A DNA stretch of 63,069 bases, the filler included, from Octopus bimaculoides (Eukaryota), in NCBI RefSeq assembly GCF_001194135.2. It is 5 parts of 4 records of this genome, joined end to end, with 100 filler letters (N's around TTAATTAATTAA, not from the genome) between each part and the next. Parts side by side here need not be neighbours in the genome. Positions count along the whole stretch, not along the records: positions 4,587 to 21,534 come from NC_068988.1; positions 21,635 to 47,169 come from NC_068989.1; 3 more parts are not named here. One strand, written 5' to 3'. Positions 12,500 to 25,271 of this stretch are shown here, in pieces; positions within the stretch are counted from its first letter, which is position 1; every line of letters begins with the position of its first letter. The position numbers were made by a program, and so were the translations under genes. The notes beneath the pieces were generated by a model. The model searched no databases. It was not told the origin of the DNA and worked only from the letters and a program-made list of their open reading frames with translations.

Positions 12500-12664
12500 A
12501 AGTTCGGGGATGGGGGATGGTTAATGACATCTACCCCAGTCTTCAACTGGTATTTATTTTATTGACCCCGAAAGGATGGAAAGTAAAGTCAATATTGTCG
12601 GAATTTGAGCTCAGACCGTAAAGACGGACGATATGGCGCCATGCACTTCACCAGCGTGCTGACG
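12500..12664 (-). mobile_element. Diverged ~230-bp tRNA-SINE
   Basis: GACCCCGAAAGGATGGAAAGTAAAGTC..GGAATTTGAGCTCAGACCGTAAAGACGGACG. Confidence 0.7.
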
Positions 12665-12859
12665 AAAAATTTATATATGCTACTGCTCTGCTGTATCTTG
12701 CTAATTGAAACTTCCACAGAAAGTATTGCTTTGGAAAGTACAGGTGTATTTCATTTAGGTGTTGTGTTAAATCTATGTGAGACGAGTGAACAACTGTGCC
12801 CTTTACTTCATTTGGAGACTAAGATCGGACGATACGTTCTACTCCTTGTGTGATGTGAT

Positions 12860-13130
12860 CTCATGGCAGGGCCTAGTTTTCTTCTTACAGATTGTGTATG
12901 CATCCTCGAATGATCTAATGTATGTGCCATATATTAGCTCACTGCCTACATCAAATAGACATTGCTTGGACAGGTGAACTGTGTACCACGCATCAGGTGT
13001 CGAAGTGATCGTAAAGTAACGTGAGATTAAATGCTTTCTAAAGAACACAACGCACCGCCTGGTCTAGGAATTCAAAACAGCATCTTGCGATCAGGTGTGC
13101 AACACCTTAAACACAAGGTCATGTGACCTC
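12860..13130 (-). mobile_element. tRNA-derived SINE of a fourth family
   Basis: Reverse complement has a tRNA-like head (GATCGCAAGAT..GAATTCCTAGACC) followed by GCGTTGTGTTCTT..GATCACTTCGACACCTGA. It is related to 54890-55080. Confidence 0.65.
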
Positions 13131-13149
13131 ATAATAATAATAATAAAAA

Positions 13150-14556
13150 TAATAAAAATAGCTCCTACTCTGCGAAACTTTTTATCTGTAAGTATGAGAT
13201 CATGGAGAACGACACTGACGTTGAATAATGACAACGAATCTCTAAATGCTGGAGATGTAAGAATTTCATGTGGCATTTTCCAGGGTGACTCACTATCACC
13301 ACTCCTCTTCTGTCTAGCCTTAATACCTCTCTCCAAATTGCTCAATGACCAACAACTCAAAGGACTACTAGCGATTGTTAAACAATTCAGTGATGACATC
13401 AGGATGCAATTTGGCCTTGATAAATGTGCAAAAGCTACCTTTATCAAAGGAAAAATGACAAAAACATCTAATGTGAACCTTGACCAGCAAAATGTCATAA
13501 AAGAGTTAGAACCAGCGGAGAGCTACAAATACCTAGGGGTAATTGAAAGGGNNNNNNNNNNNNNNNNNNNNNNNNNNNNNNNNNNNNNNNNNNNNNNNNN
13601 NNNNNNNNNNNNNNNNNNNNNNNNNNNNNNNNNNNNNNNNNNNNNNNNNNNNNNNNNNNNNNNNNNNNNNNNNNNNNNNNNNNNNNNNNNNNNNNNNNNN
13701 NNNNNNNNNNNNNNNNNNNNNNNNNNNNNNNNNNNNNNNNNNNNNNNNNNNNNNNNNNNNNNNNNNNNNNNNNNNNNNNNNNNNNNNNNNNNNNNNNNNN
13801 NNNNNNNNNNNNNNNNNNNNNNNNNNNNNNNNNNNNNNNNNNNNNNNNNNNNNNNNNNNNNNNNNNNNNNNNNNNNNNNNNNNNNNNNNNNNNNNNNNNN
13901 NNNNNNNNNNNNNNNNNNNNNNNNNNNNNNNNNNNNNNNNNNNNNNNNNNNNNNNNNNNNNNNNNNNNNNNNNNNNNNNNNNNNNNNNNNNNNNNNNNNN
14001 NNNNNNNNNNNNNNNNNNNNNNNNNNNNNNNNNNNNNNNNNNNNNNNNNNNNNNNNNNNNNNNNNNNNNNNNNNNNNNNNNNNNNNNNNNNNNNNNNNNN
14101 NNNNNNNNNNNNNNNNNNNNNNNNNNNNNNNNNNNNNNNNNNNNNNNNNNNNNNNNNNNNNNNNNNNNNNNNNNNNNNNAGAGGGGTTTATCATAGCAGC
14201 CCAAGATCAATGCCTACCTACAAAGAACTACCAGGCCAACATATTAAAGAACGGCAGCTCCCCATTATGTCGTATATGCTAACAACAAAATGAGACCATC
14301 GATCATGTTGTCTCCATGTGCAGTTTGCTTGCGCCTACAGAGTATCTCAACAGGCATGATAGAGCTGCACAATATATTCACTGGGTAATTTGCAAAAACC
14401 TGGATTTGCCCCATAATAAAAACTGGTGGGAACACAAACCACCCCTAGTACTTGAAAATGATCACATCGCACTCCTCTGGAACTTCACCATTCAAACTGA
14501 CAAAAAGATAGATGCAAATTGGCCAGACATCATACTGAAAGACTTCAGACAAAAAT
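13150..14556 (+). mobile_element. Defective R4/Dong-like LINE: RT fragment, CCHC knuckle and start of RLE
   Basis: Reads GIFQGDSLSPLLFCLAL (RT QGDSLSP motif), FSDDIRMQFGLDKCAK, YKYLGV. After the gap: GFIIAAQDQCLPTKNY, CRIC*QQNETIDHVVSMC (CCHC with an internal stop), RHD, LLWNFTIQTDKKIDANWPDII. Flanked by TAA repeats. Confidence 0.9.
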
Positions 14557-15156
14557 AATAATAATAATAATAATACAATGATACAATTTATTTCTCGCAG
14601 CATTCGAAAAGATTAAAAATTAATGGAAAAAAAGAATCAACGAATATATCTGCATAGTTTTGTTTTGGAAATGATTCTTCTTGCTTTGTTTGTGTTGGGC
14701 TTATTGTCTTGACTCGACCCTTTGCTTTATTTGAAGTTGATGTTGTATCTACTTTTCTTGGAAAATTTTAGATACAAATCCTCTTATTACAGATTTACAA
14801 TATTTACCTCATTTAATTACGCAAAAATTTCTCTTCTGCTCCAAATATGGCGAAACTTCCAACATACCGCATCAAGTTATTTTCTCTGCAATTGTTTCAT
14901 GTTCATTTCTGATTGTTTCATGTTCATTTCTTCTGTCATTCAAATGAACCTGTGAAAGTATCTCTTCTGATATATCTTCTGCCGTGCACCAAGATTTGCG
15001 ATGATAAAATTTGCTAAACGTGTCCATGCCAAATGCTCAGTGATACAACAAATGGTAATACACCTAACAACAATGCAAGTACGCATGCATATACATAAAA
15101 AAGGCGAAAGATCTTTCTCGTGTCATATAGGCTCATAGAGTCGGTTATCTTAAATT

Positions 15157-16777
15157 TCTTTGCTTCTGAATAAGAATCAACAGAAGCTAATTATAAGAAA
15201 CTACAGAAATCTTTGTTGCCAGACGTAGCAGTTACAGCACTCGTTTTTCGTTCAATAAGAGCTTCCGAAAATCGATCCTTGATCGAAATAAATAGCAATA
15301 TGCTATAAATGTCGAATTCGAACAATTGCAGGGTTGCTCATTTTTCCAAGCTTTGTGGAACACGGCAAGCTGAAATGAACTGTTTAGCGAAATGTGTCGT
15401 CAATCCAGGAATCGAAATCACAATATTACGATCACGAATTCAGCACATTAACCATTAAGCCACACATGCATATTCATACATAGAATCATACATGCATACA
15501 TACTACATGCACGAGCACACACACATATACAACGCACATATACATACATACGTATTACGTGCACGCACACACACATATACATACATATGCCAAAGCATCA
15601 GCTTTAAGGTATCGTTCGGGTCTCAAGAGAGGAGAGGTTGCTAAATGAGCGAAACTCACTATCTACAATTCAGTTTACGTGCCGTACCTGTCCACACCTA
15701 TGGTCTTGGCGGAATTAAAACTATCTCGAATACAATCTGTCGAATGAGGTTTCTCGGGAGGATCCCTTGAGTAACATTACTCAGCTGTGTACGTAACTCA
15801 GAGATAAAGGAGTCTTTCCACCCCTATTTCATATCGAACATCCCTATTTCATATCGAGGGATAACAGCTCCAGTGCTACGGATATGTGATTAGAATGTCA
15901 CAGGAAATATCTTATCACAGATGTTTCAAACCAAGCCAACCATTCATTTGACCGAGCTTGGAAATCTATCTTGAAAACCTAATGACGGTTGCTTCTTGTA
16001 GGACCTTGGGGTAATATCAGGGTTTGTATCTAAGATATTCGACCTTCCCAGAAATAATGGGCTGGAAAATTGGATGGTTGGATAGATGGATACTCAAAGG
16101 AATGTTACTGAGTGGAATTTATGTATCTAAGACTCCCGCATCTCGGTCGCTAATCGGAAAGATATACGGGCTCTGTCTCATAAGGGAGTTTATGTTATTT
16201 CGTATGTACGTATATGTGCGAGTGCGCGCGTATGCTTTTGTGCGTGCGTGTGTGTGTGTGTATGTGTGTGTGTGTGTGTGATTGTTTGTATGTGTGTGAC
16301 AATCTAAAAGTTGCTGAACGACGTTCACAGTACAAAGTATAACACGAAACACGCACCTGAAAGGAAATTAAAATGTCCATATCGAAATATAAAATAAAAT
16401 ATCATCTCATGGAAAAAGATAAATAACATCTCCAGTACTGATAGAGATGCTGAACTACCACAAAAGTCCAAGAAAATTTTGTCTCTGCTTATTTCTCCAA
16501 CTTACACTTTTATTTCATAGCAAAAATTAAGTGCACCCAGGTACCGCAGTGTTTCCCAGTATTATTTCCTAGCAGGATGCATTGTATGCTGAAAATACTC
16601 TTTTATGGTCCCAAATCGATATTTCTAGCATATTGCTATTTATTTCGATCAAGGATCGATTTTTGGCAGCTCTTATTGAACGGAAAACAAGTGCTATAAC
16701 TGCTACGTCTGATAACAAAGATTTCTATAGTTTTCTTATAAATGGCTTCTGTTGATTCTCACTCAGAAGCAAAGAAT
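15157..16777. repeat. Pair of ~160-bp inverted repeats (15157-15315 and 16616-16777)
   Basis: CTTTGCTTCTGA..AATCAACAGAAGC..AATCGATCCTTGATCGAAATAAATAGCAATATGCTA recurs reverse-complemented about 1.3 kb downstream. Confidence 0.85.
15620..16180 (-). mobile_element. Highly decayed CR1-like RT remnant
   Basis: Minus-strand fragments AHYFWEGRIS*IQTL, VFKIDFQA and SNVTQGILP appear in RT motif order, but similarity is weak. Confidence 0.35.
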
Positions 16778-17678
16778 TCTCGGTATTCTCTGAACGATTT
16801 AGAGAAGAATTGATTTTCCAAACGACAAACGAAAGTAATAATGTAAAGGTTATCGGATTTTAAGATTAAATTTTCTCTTCGCGACATTGTCACTAAAGTG
16901 AGCTGTTTCATCCATTTTGACGATAATATAGAAAGACAATTGTTATAGACATAGAGATACAAACATAAAATATATAAACATACCTGTGTGTTCCGTTACA
17001 ATGCTTAAAACACAATTAGATTGATAGGATGTGTACACTGAAGCTGAATATGTTAAATGTGGTTATGAATCGTTGACAGCTCTGTTTCGAACATGTCAAC
17101 GTAATAACACCAAGAAGATAAACATTCCGATAGAAGCAGCTACGGCACATTAGTGTGAAGTCAAACCTGGTGGGAGATTTACTTTCTTATATTAACAAGT
17201 CTTTCTTGAACGTACATGTGAATCTATTTCACATTAGCATTCATTCCCAATGTCTCCAATAGCACAACAATAAGACGATGGAACAAATTGCTCTGAATGC
17301 AATTACAGACGAATGAACCTACATCCCTATAAAGGAAAATACATTGGAAAAGTAATAGCCTGTCACGAATATGTCACTAATACAAGTAAACTGCCTGAAA
17401 TAAGAGGTTATTCTCCCTCCCTCCAAATTACATATTTTCGTTTAAAAAAACCCACTTATTAAGAGAGTAAACGCACGAGCAGAATTAAACATAAACTCAT
17501 ACAAAATAAAAACACGTTAATGAAATTTTACATAGACATGGGCACATATAAACGTACATACGCACAGGTAGATAATCTAATATTGGTACATATATCATTT
17601 ATGTAAAATCAACAAATGTTAATGAATGAACTCATTTACAAAGGCAGCAGTAATAATTTCATATAATTAAGAGCATTA

Positions 17679-17810
17679 CAGGTAAGTTCACCGCCATGAA
17701 TTCAATGTGAAGAAATTTCACCGCGAAGAAAGATCACCGCAAGGAAAGTTTTCAGAGAGAATATATACATACTATCTCGCCATTAATAGTTAAAAACTAT
17801 TTCATTGGGA

Positions 17811-17841
<31 letters not shown>

Positions 17842-18442
17842 TTTATGTATATATTAATATCTTGGTTGAAAAAGTTCGATAATGCAAATATGTTAATAGT
17901 TACCAGCGTAGCAAAAATCACACAAAAACTGGGATATTATACCCGGTTAATGGGTAGAAATTCCATGTTAAAGTGATATATTTTCAGTTGATATAAAGAA
18001 TAATAATAATAAATGGAGCAAAACGCATATAATCATTAAGTCCCTTTTATTCCTACGTATGTTTCAAAAATTATATGCACTCTACTCCAAAGAAGTAAGA
18101 GATGCTGGTTTGAGTAGCGTGCTTATAATTTTTGAAACATATGTAGGAATTAAAAGAACTTATTGAGTATATGCGCTTTGCACCATTTATTATTATTCTT
18201 TATATATATGAACAAAAATAAATGATCAATTGATGTGGTGAATTCATAACAGTGAACTTACCTTGCGGTGAATTAATGACGGTCAACTTCCCCTGCGGTG
18301 AATTGATGTTGAACTTACCCTACGGTGAATTAAGGATGGTAAACTTGATGTGCGGTGAAATCATGATGGTAAACATCCCTACGATAAATTTTGACGTCGG
18401 AGAACTGTCCTTGCGGTGAATTGATAACGGTGAACTTACTGG
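17679..18442. mobile_element. Foldback-like non-autonomous element with ~30-bp subterminal repeats
   Basis: Ends CAGGTAAGTTCACCG and CGGTGAACTTACTGG are inverted. About seven ~30-bp GCGGTGAATT units lie at 18235-18442, with inverse TTCACCGC units at 17685-17745. Confidence 0.55.
17991..18204. repeat. Long imperfect palindrome (arms ~95 bp)
   Basis: ATAAATGGAGCAAAACGCATAT..TTCCTACGTATGTTTCAAAAATTAT is mirrored by ATAATTTTTGAAACATATGTAGGAA..ATATGCGCTTTTGCACCATTTAT. Confidence 0.85.
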
Positions 18443-19197
18443 ATGTGAACTGTCAGAATAATGAATGTCATTTATTTTCAATAGATTGACACTCTTTCAA
18501 AACACGCATAGAATATTATACCAGATGTATAAAAAAATACACGACTGTGTCGTCTCGATCAGAGAAACCAGTGTATATAACATAACTGAAGTGGTCATCA
18601 GTCAATTGATTTGCTACTAATAAACGCAAATACCTTTATCACGTTACATTTTCTCGCCTGTAACCCATGATAAACTGCAAAACGAAATACTCGTCACTTT
18701 TACAACACAGCGAGAACAAGTGGGGCGATAAGTTAACCACAAAGGCATGAGGCCACATAGACATCTAGGTCCTCATATATTCCAAATTTCTCCAAAAATT
18801 GTATTGTATTAAGCGAGTGAAAGGAAGGGGGAAATCAAACATGGGCTGCTGGGTAGAACTTTCTAATATTTCGTGTGCTTTAGTAAAGGTCTTCTGGTCA
18901 GAAGAGCAATTGCAGAGAAACCCGAGGATGTGAAGCAAAATCCTTTGCTCAATAATATGACGCTCTTCCTAGTCCAGGAATCGAAATCATAACATTATGA
19001 TCATGAACCGAATACTACTATTACTAAATCTGCTACTGAGTCACGCACATGCTCTTCTTGCATATAAACAAACAAAACTATATGAATTCATCTATGTATA
19101 TGTTTGTATATGTACGTGTATATGTGTGTGTGCGTGTGTGTGTTTGTGTACGCGTACGCTGTGTGTGTGCGGGTCTGTACACATGCACATGCGTATG

Positions 19198-19230
<33 letters not shown>

Positions 19231-19311
19231 ANNNNNNNNNNNNNNNNNNNNNNNNNNNNNNNNNNNNNNNNNNNNNNNNNNNNNNNNNNNNNNNNNNNNN
19301 NNNNNNNNNNN

Positions 19312-19344
<33 letters not shown>

Positions 19345-20099
19345 ATGTATACATACATATCTGTAAATATCTGTACATAACTGCATCCTGTACTTGTTTA
19401 TAAAAATGGAATGCTTCCTCGAGAAATTGTATAAATTACTACCTATGTGCTAATATATCCTCCCTCCACCTCTAGCACAAAACAAAACAAAAAAAATACT
19501 AAATTGGTGCTGCTGTCACATAATCCAGTAATATATTTATTGCAGATTCAAAGGAGTTATTACCACCACTATGTGTTACCATATTAACAATAAAACCAGC
19601 AAGTATCATAAAGGTTACCACCAAAACTATTATGGCCGCTGAACCTCAATAACAACATCGAAACTTTTATTTCGTCAACGACAATATCACGCTCATCTTT
19701 ACGAACATGAATAACGCAAACAACGAAATTAATTGCCACAGGAAGTTAATTTGATCACCACCGTCATTGCAACCACAATAATCGAGACCATATATCTACA
19801 TCCATTATGGTAGCATCCTTCTCCAGAACAGGGTTACTACTGTAACTATTTAAAGACATCAGTATTACATAGTGTGTATCCATCATCGAACCACTTAACT
19901 AATAACCAACACCGAAAAATTCTGCCTATATCACATCGGTCCATCATCATCACCACTAGAGACATATCCGGTATGCTGTTCACGAACAGGTCTATACTCA
20001 CCGCCATTACATTTAATATCAGCAACATTAGCATTGCCATCACCAACACTAGACCATCAGTAATCATATTCATCAGCAGCAGGCGAGAAAGCAAGGCAG

Positions 20100-20330
20100 C
20101 ATTATTATTATCTTCATCGTCATCGAGGTCGTAGTCGGGGTCGTAGTCGTGGTTGTAGTCGTGGTTAGCGCGGTCGACGTCATCAAGTTGATCACCAACG
20201 CCTTAATGAAATCCGTCATTATCATGGAGGTAGCCAAGGTGAAGGAAAGAGGAGCACGAAAAGAATGAGGGTACGAGGAGGAAGAGGAGGAGGAGAAGAC
20301 GGAGGAGGGGAAGACGACGACCACGACAAC

Positions 20331-20362
<32 letters not shown>

Positions 20363-20800
20363 CCACGACGACGATGATGACAATGCTCATGATAATGATG
20401 ATGACGACGACGACGATGATGATGATGAGGAGGACGACGACGTTTATGATGATGATGATGTTAATGATAGTGATGATGATGATGACGATGAGGAGGAGGA
20501 GGGGGAGGAGGAGGATAATGATGACAGTAATTGTGGTGATGACTGTAATGAAGATGATGGTGATGACGAGGAGGAGGAAATAGGTAAGAATAGCTCACGT
20601 AGCGAAAAAAAAAATAATAACAAAAACAACAAAATCAAAAGTAGTAATACCAGAATAAAAAATAAAATCAGAAAGCAGTGCAACAGAAACAATAACAACA
20701 ACAAAATCAACAATAACAGCAACAGCAACAACGAAGAATGCAACAGCAGTGGTATAAACAATAACAACAACAACAACAACAACAAGACCAAACGCAGCTG
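20100..20800. repeat. Compound trinucleotide low-complexity tract (GAT/GAC/GAG then AAC/AAT)
   Basis: Visible directly; it generates poly-D/E, poly-M and poly-N pseudo-ORFs. Confidence 0.95.
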
Positions 20801-21534
20801 ATGGTGGTAATAGTATTGCAGGAACCACGAAATATTTTAATATACAACAATGAGTTGTAGCAGGAGCAAGAACTACGGCAGTAAGGCCTCGAATGACATC
20901 TACAACGGCAGCAAAAAAAATAATAAATAAATAAAGAACAAGACCAGGATACACATTCAGCAGCATAATAGCCCAATTCTCTTCGAAAAATGCAAGAAGG
21001 GGGTCAATTCTAAACTGAACTGTTATATAGTAATGCAGCCATTGACAACGTTGCAGCGACCTGTGCTGCACCGAAAATGAGTTTTTTCTCAAACTAAGTG
21101 TTAATGGTGATTCTTTGCATTTGAGTCCAATGGACTGAGATTTATGAGTGTGTATACTCGCCTATGTACACAGCATNNNNNNNNNNNNNNNNNNNNNNNN
21201 NNNNNNNNNNNNNNNNNNNNNNNNNNNNNNNNNNNNNNNNNNNNNNNNNNNNNNNNNNNNNNNNNNNNNNNNNNNNNNNNNNNNNNNNNNNNNNNNNNNN
21301 NNNNNNNNNNNNNTATATATATACTTACATATACACACACACATATATATCTACATACGCGAGTACACACAGACACACAGATACGCACACAAGCACACAT
21401 ATATAAATATGCGCTTACGCTCACGCAAGCGCTGCCATGTTTAGACACGCATATTTGTTTACACGTCGCATTTTCACACAAATCCTATATGCATGCGAAT
21501 ATGTATGTTTGTGTGTGTGTGTATACACATATAT

Positions 21535-21634
21535 NNNNNNNNNNNNNNNNNNNNNNNNNNNNNNNNNNNNNNNNNNNNTTAATTAATTAANNNNNNNNNN
21601 NNNNNNNNNNNNNNNNNNNNNNNNNNNNNNNNNN
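21535..21634. other. Artificial 100-bp scaffold linker
   Basis: N44-TTAATTAATTAA-N44. Confidence 0.95.
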
Positions 21635-21654
21635 ATATATACACACATTTTAAA

Positions 21655-21822
21655 GAAGGAGCTAGTCGATTAGATCGACCCTCGTGTCTCACTTTTACTT
21701 AATTTATCGACCCCAAAACGATGAAAGACAAAGTCAACCTCTGCGAAAATTGAATGTAAAGACGGACTAAATGCTGCTAACCATTTCGTCAGCATGCTAA
21801 CAATTCTGCCAGCTCAACGCCT
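21655..21822 (-). mobile_element. Diverged ~230-bp tRNA-SINE
   Basis: TTAATTTATCGACCCC..GATGAAAGACAAAGTCAACCTC..GCTAACAATTCTGCCAGCTC. Confidence 0.75.
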
Positions 21823-22581
21823 TAATATTTAGATATAATATCAACAACCAGATACGCTAGCTAGGATCATAGAAGAAAGTATTTCTCCTATGTAATTACA
21901 GTTGCTAATTTTTGAATAAGCCTTAAGGAATTTTGTGGGTAGCGGGTAAATCGATACCATCAACCAAACACTTGCCTGGAACATTCAAAATGTCTGTGCA
22001 AAATTAACTTCAATGAGATTTGAACTCACAAACAATTCTGCCAATCCACCATCTTTTTCCAGCCATTTAATATCAGTTTCGAATTGCGGCACAAAGCCAG
22101 CACTTTTTTTTTAGCATAGTGAGTCACTAACGTCGACATCAGTAATTGAATGTACTTTATGGAGCCAGAATCGATAAAAGACAAAGTTGACTGCAGTGTG
22201 ATTGCGCGCAGAAAGTAAAGAACTGGAAAAAATATCGCAAAAGCATTTAATCTAATGATTCTGTCAGCTCACTGCCTTTGTAGTACTTAATAATAGAAAA
22301 CCCGAAAAAACGTGGGATACGACACAAGCGTGAATCGCATAAGGTATTTATGAAGCGTGAGCATTGATGATGAGCGGGATTATTGATGCTGACGTGTCAT
22401 TGTATAGCACCACACTATTGACAGCTAACATCAAAATCTAAGACTGCCAAATGAACAATTCTACCATGCACTTGTACAAGTGTTTCTCCATATTTCTTCG
22501 CCATGATGCAATGTGTTTAATGTCACCTCTCCCCCTCTCTCTCTCTGTTTCATTCTCTCTCTCTCTTTCTCTCTCTCTCTT

Positions 22582-22654
<73 letters not shown>

Positions 22655-23023
22655 NNNNNNNNNNNNNNNNNNNNNNNNNNNNNNNNNNNNNNNNNNNNNN
22701 NNNNNNNNNNNNNNNNNNNNNNNNNNNNNNNNNNNNNNNNNNNNNNNNNNNNNNNNNNNNNNNNNNNNNNNNNNNNNNNNNNNNNNNNNNNNNNNNNNNN
22801 NNNNNNNNNNNNNNNNNNNNNNNNNNNNNNNNNNNNNNNNNNNNNNNNNNNNNNNNNNNNNNNNNNNNNNNNNNNNNNNNNNNNNNNNNNNNNNNNNNNN
22901 NNNNNNNNNNNNNNNNNNNNNNNNNNNNNNNNNNNNNNNNNNNNNNNNNNNNNNNNNNNNNNNNNNNNNNNNNNNNNNNNNNNNNNNNNNNNNNNNNNNN
23001 NNNNNNNNNNNNNNNNNNNNNNN

Positions 23024-23065
<42 letters not shown>

Positions 23066-23508
23066 GTTATTTATTTATTTATTTATTTAATTATTTACGA
23101 AACCGGGAAACCGGCCCTTATGATCGAGAAGAAACAAATCGAAAAGAAACAAATACCATATAGATAGATAGATAGATAGATATGCATACATACATACATA
23201 CATACATACATGCATACATACATACATATATACATATGTAAGTATATATATATTGTTGACGTCATTAGAATTTTAAACTCTCGAGAGAACATTCTTGACA
23301 AAGATAGTGAATCTCCAGAAAGATGATAAAACCATAAAAGGAGCATGTAAATATCGAGTTGAAAAACTCATTTGGATAGAAAGAAGTTGAAGGGTCCTGT
23401 GGGGCATAAACCCACATCTTCTATAGATATGACTTTTTCTGTTCTATATTTACATATTAGACGCTTTATTATCTGATTCGAGGTCCTCAGTTCCCGCGTG
23501 TGTGTGTG

Positions 23509-23568
<60 letters not shown>

Positions 23569-23889
23569 CGTATGCGTGTGTGCGCGTGTTTGTGTTTGTG
23601 TGGATAGTTATCTATTATATTTGTAAGTGTGAATGTATTGCGAAGGCGAACTAAAAACAAGACTTGCCAAAGAATGGATAAGCTCACACTGAGCCGACAG
23701 CCATCCGCAATGAGAGATGTCCCATAAAAACATCGTACACGTGGGATGGCAAACCGTGTGGCTGGTCCAAGTCCGCAGCCACGAAAACTCCAACGAAAGA
23801 CGGTGCTCTCGAGTCGGAGTCGATATCCACGAGTGATGTGACGTAGAGCAAAAAGAAGGGTTGATGAACAAGTACATGCTAACAAAAAC

Positions 23890-25270
23890 ATCCTAAAGTT
23901 CTGGAGGAAACTAGGATTATCGCTCTTCTCAAGAAGGACTAAAACCTAACATGTGCAAACAACGTTCATACAATCTCTCTGCTTTGCCACCCATATAAGC
24001 TGTTTTGAACGCTTGATCCTTTGTAGGCTTGCCCTACTGTTGAACCTGACATCATTCCATAACAACCTGCATTACGATCTGGCAAAGTTACAACAAGTCA
24101 ACATTTGAATCTCACTCAGTATATTAAGGATGAGTTTGAGAAAGGACTGACAGTAGGAACTGCCATTGTTGATTTGTCGGTAGCATAAGGCACTGCGAAT
24201 AACCGTCCCCTCTCGAAAAACATCTTGAAGCTGACAAAAGACCCGGTACTTACAGATCTCATTAAAGTGCTTTGTTCTGGACAAGAAAAGTCGCTAGAAA
24301 AATGGCAAAATGACAAACTCAAAGTAGAGCACTAGTTCTACTACTATATAATATCCACACTGGTGACCATCTAATGGATCAGAAAACTAAGTGGTTCATC
24401 TGCACTAATGACCCCCCCTGTATAACAGCCTAAGAGAGTAAGTTTGAAGTAGTAGAAGAAAACATTGTTTCAACTTTAGACGAACTACTCATTTATCACG
24501 GAGATAACCCCTTTCATGCCAACGTAGGAAAGCCTACTAATTACATCTCAGGAACCATGAGGCCAAGCGATCTCTTGGCACCACATGGTCTGGAGCGTCA
24601 CTGGAGCAAAGTACCTACAATGTCTACCTTAGAGTAATAAATAGAAAGATGGTTCTCGAAATAACATCCTACGGAAACAGTTCAACTGTAAATGGCAGAC
24701 CATAGCAAAAACGTTAAGACATACTGTTCTGAGCTTGTGATATTCCACTGCAGAGTATGCATGTCCTGTCTGAGAGAGATCAACCCATGTCAAAAGCAAA
24801 ACTTGACCCAACTCCTGTCACCTGATCGCGAGTCGCAAGAAATCCACAAGCAGAAGCAGCCTGAATCTCTTCACTGACATTGGTCCTACTGATACCAAAC
24901 AGAAAATAAGGAAGGGTCAAGATTACAAAGGTTACGAGTGATGAAAGCCACTTCATCCATGGACATCAACACCTGGCACGATGACTGAAGTCAAGAAAAG
25001 CTTTTTATGCTTTGTCCATCTCCTAACAACATCTCGTGAAGAAAACAGACTCTAGCTCTGGACGGAAGAGCTTCAGAACGACCCTTCTCTAACTGACATG
25101 TGAATCCCACCAGCTCAAGACATTGCTTTTCCAGAAGCACCATGGGTATGGGTTCAGTGGAAGACTCTCAACCATTTGAGAACGAGAACGGGGCAATCAA
25201 AAGTTGGTTTGCTCAGATAGGGCTACAAGATCGGTCCAACTACTTTCTAATGTGAAATAACAGACCATGC
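23890..25270 (+). mobile_element. Degenerate non-LTR retrotransposon RT region, I-group (Ingi/Vingi-like)
   Basis: Frameshifted motifs ISLLCHPYKLF-ERLI, QHLNLTQYIKDEFEKGLTVGTAIVDLSVA*, SRNNILRK..KW..KTLRHTVLSL*YSTAEYACPV*ERSTH and QWKTLNHLRTRTGQSK..GY occur in the expected order. Confidence 0.8.
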
Positions 25271-25271
25271 T

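Noticed and set aside
12891-12973. Apparent 83-nt exon with strong acceptor (TTTTCTTCTTACAG) and donor (CAG|GTGAAC)
   Set aside because: It lies within the antisense strand of a SINE (12860-13130), so the signals are probably fortuitous.
14893-14932. Tandem ~20-bp duplication within a minus-strand exon-like segment with a GTATGT donor
   Set aside because: All three frames hit stops. At most this is a non-coding exon, which cannot be supported from sequence alone.
18235-18442. ~30-bp periodic repeats suggestive of a CRISPR array
   Set aside because: Units are contiguous and degenerate with no unique spacers, the context is eukaryotic, and there are no cas genes.
20265-20801. 178-aa D/E-rich then N-rich ORF resembling an acidic biomineral or prion-like protein
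   Set aside because: It is entirely compound trinucleotide repeat that is open in several frames and on both strands. There is no unique coding sequence or signal peptide.
22360-22400. ATGATGA ... CTGA, resembling C/D snoRNA boxes
   Set aside because: The spacing is too short and there is no terminal stem.
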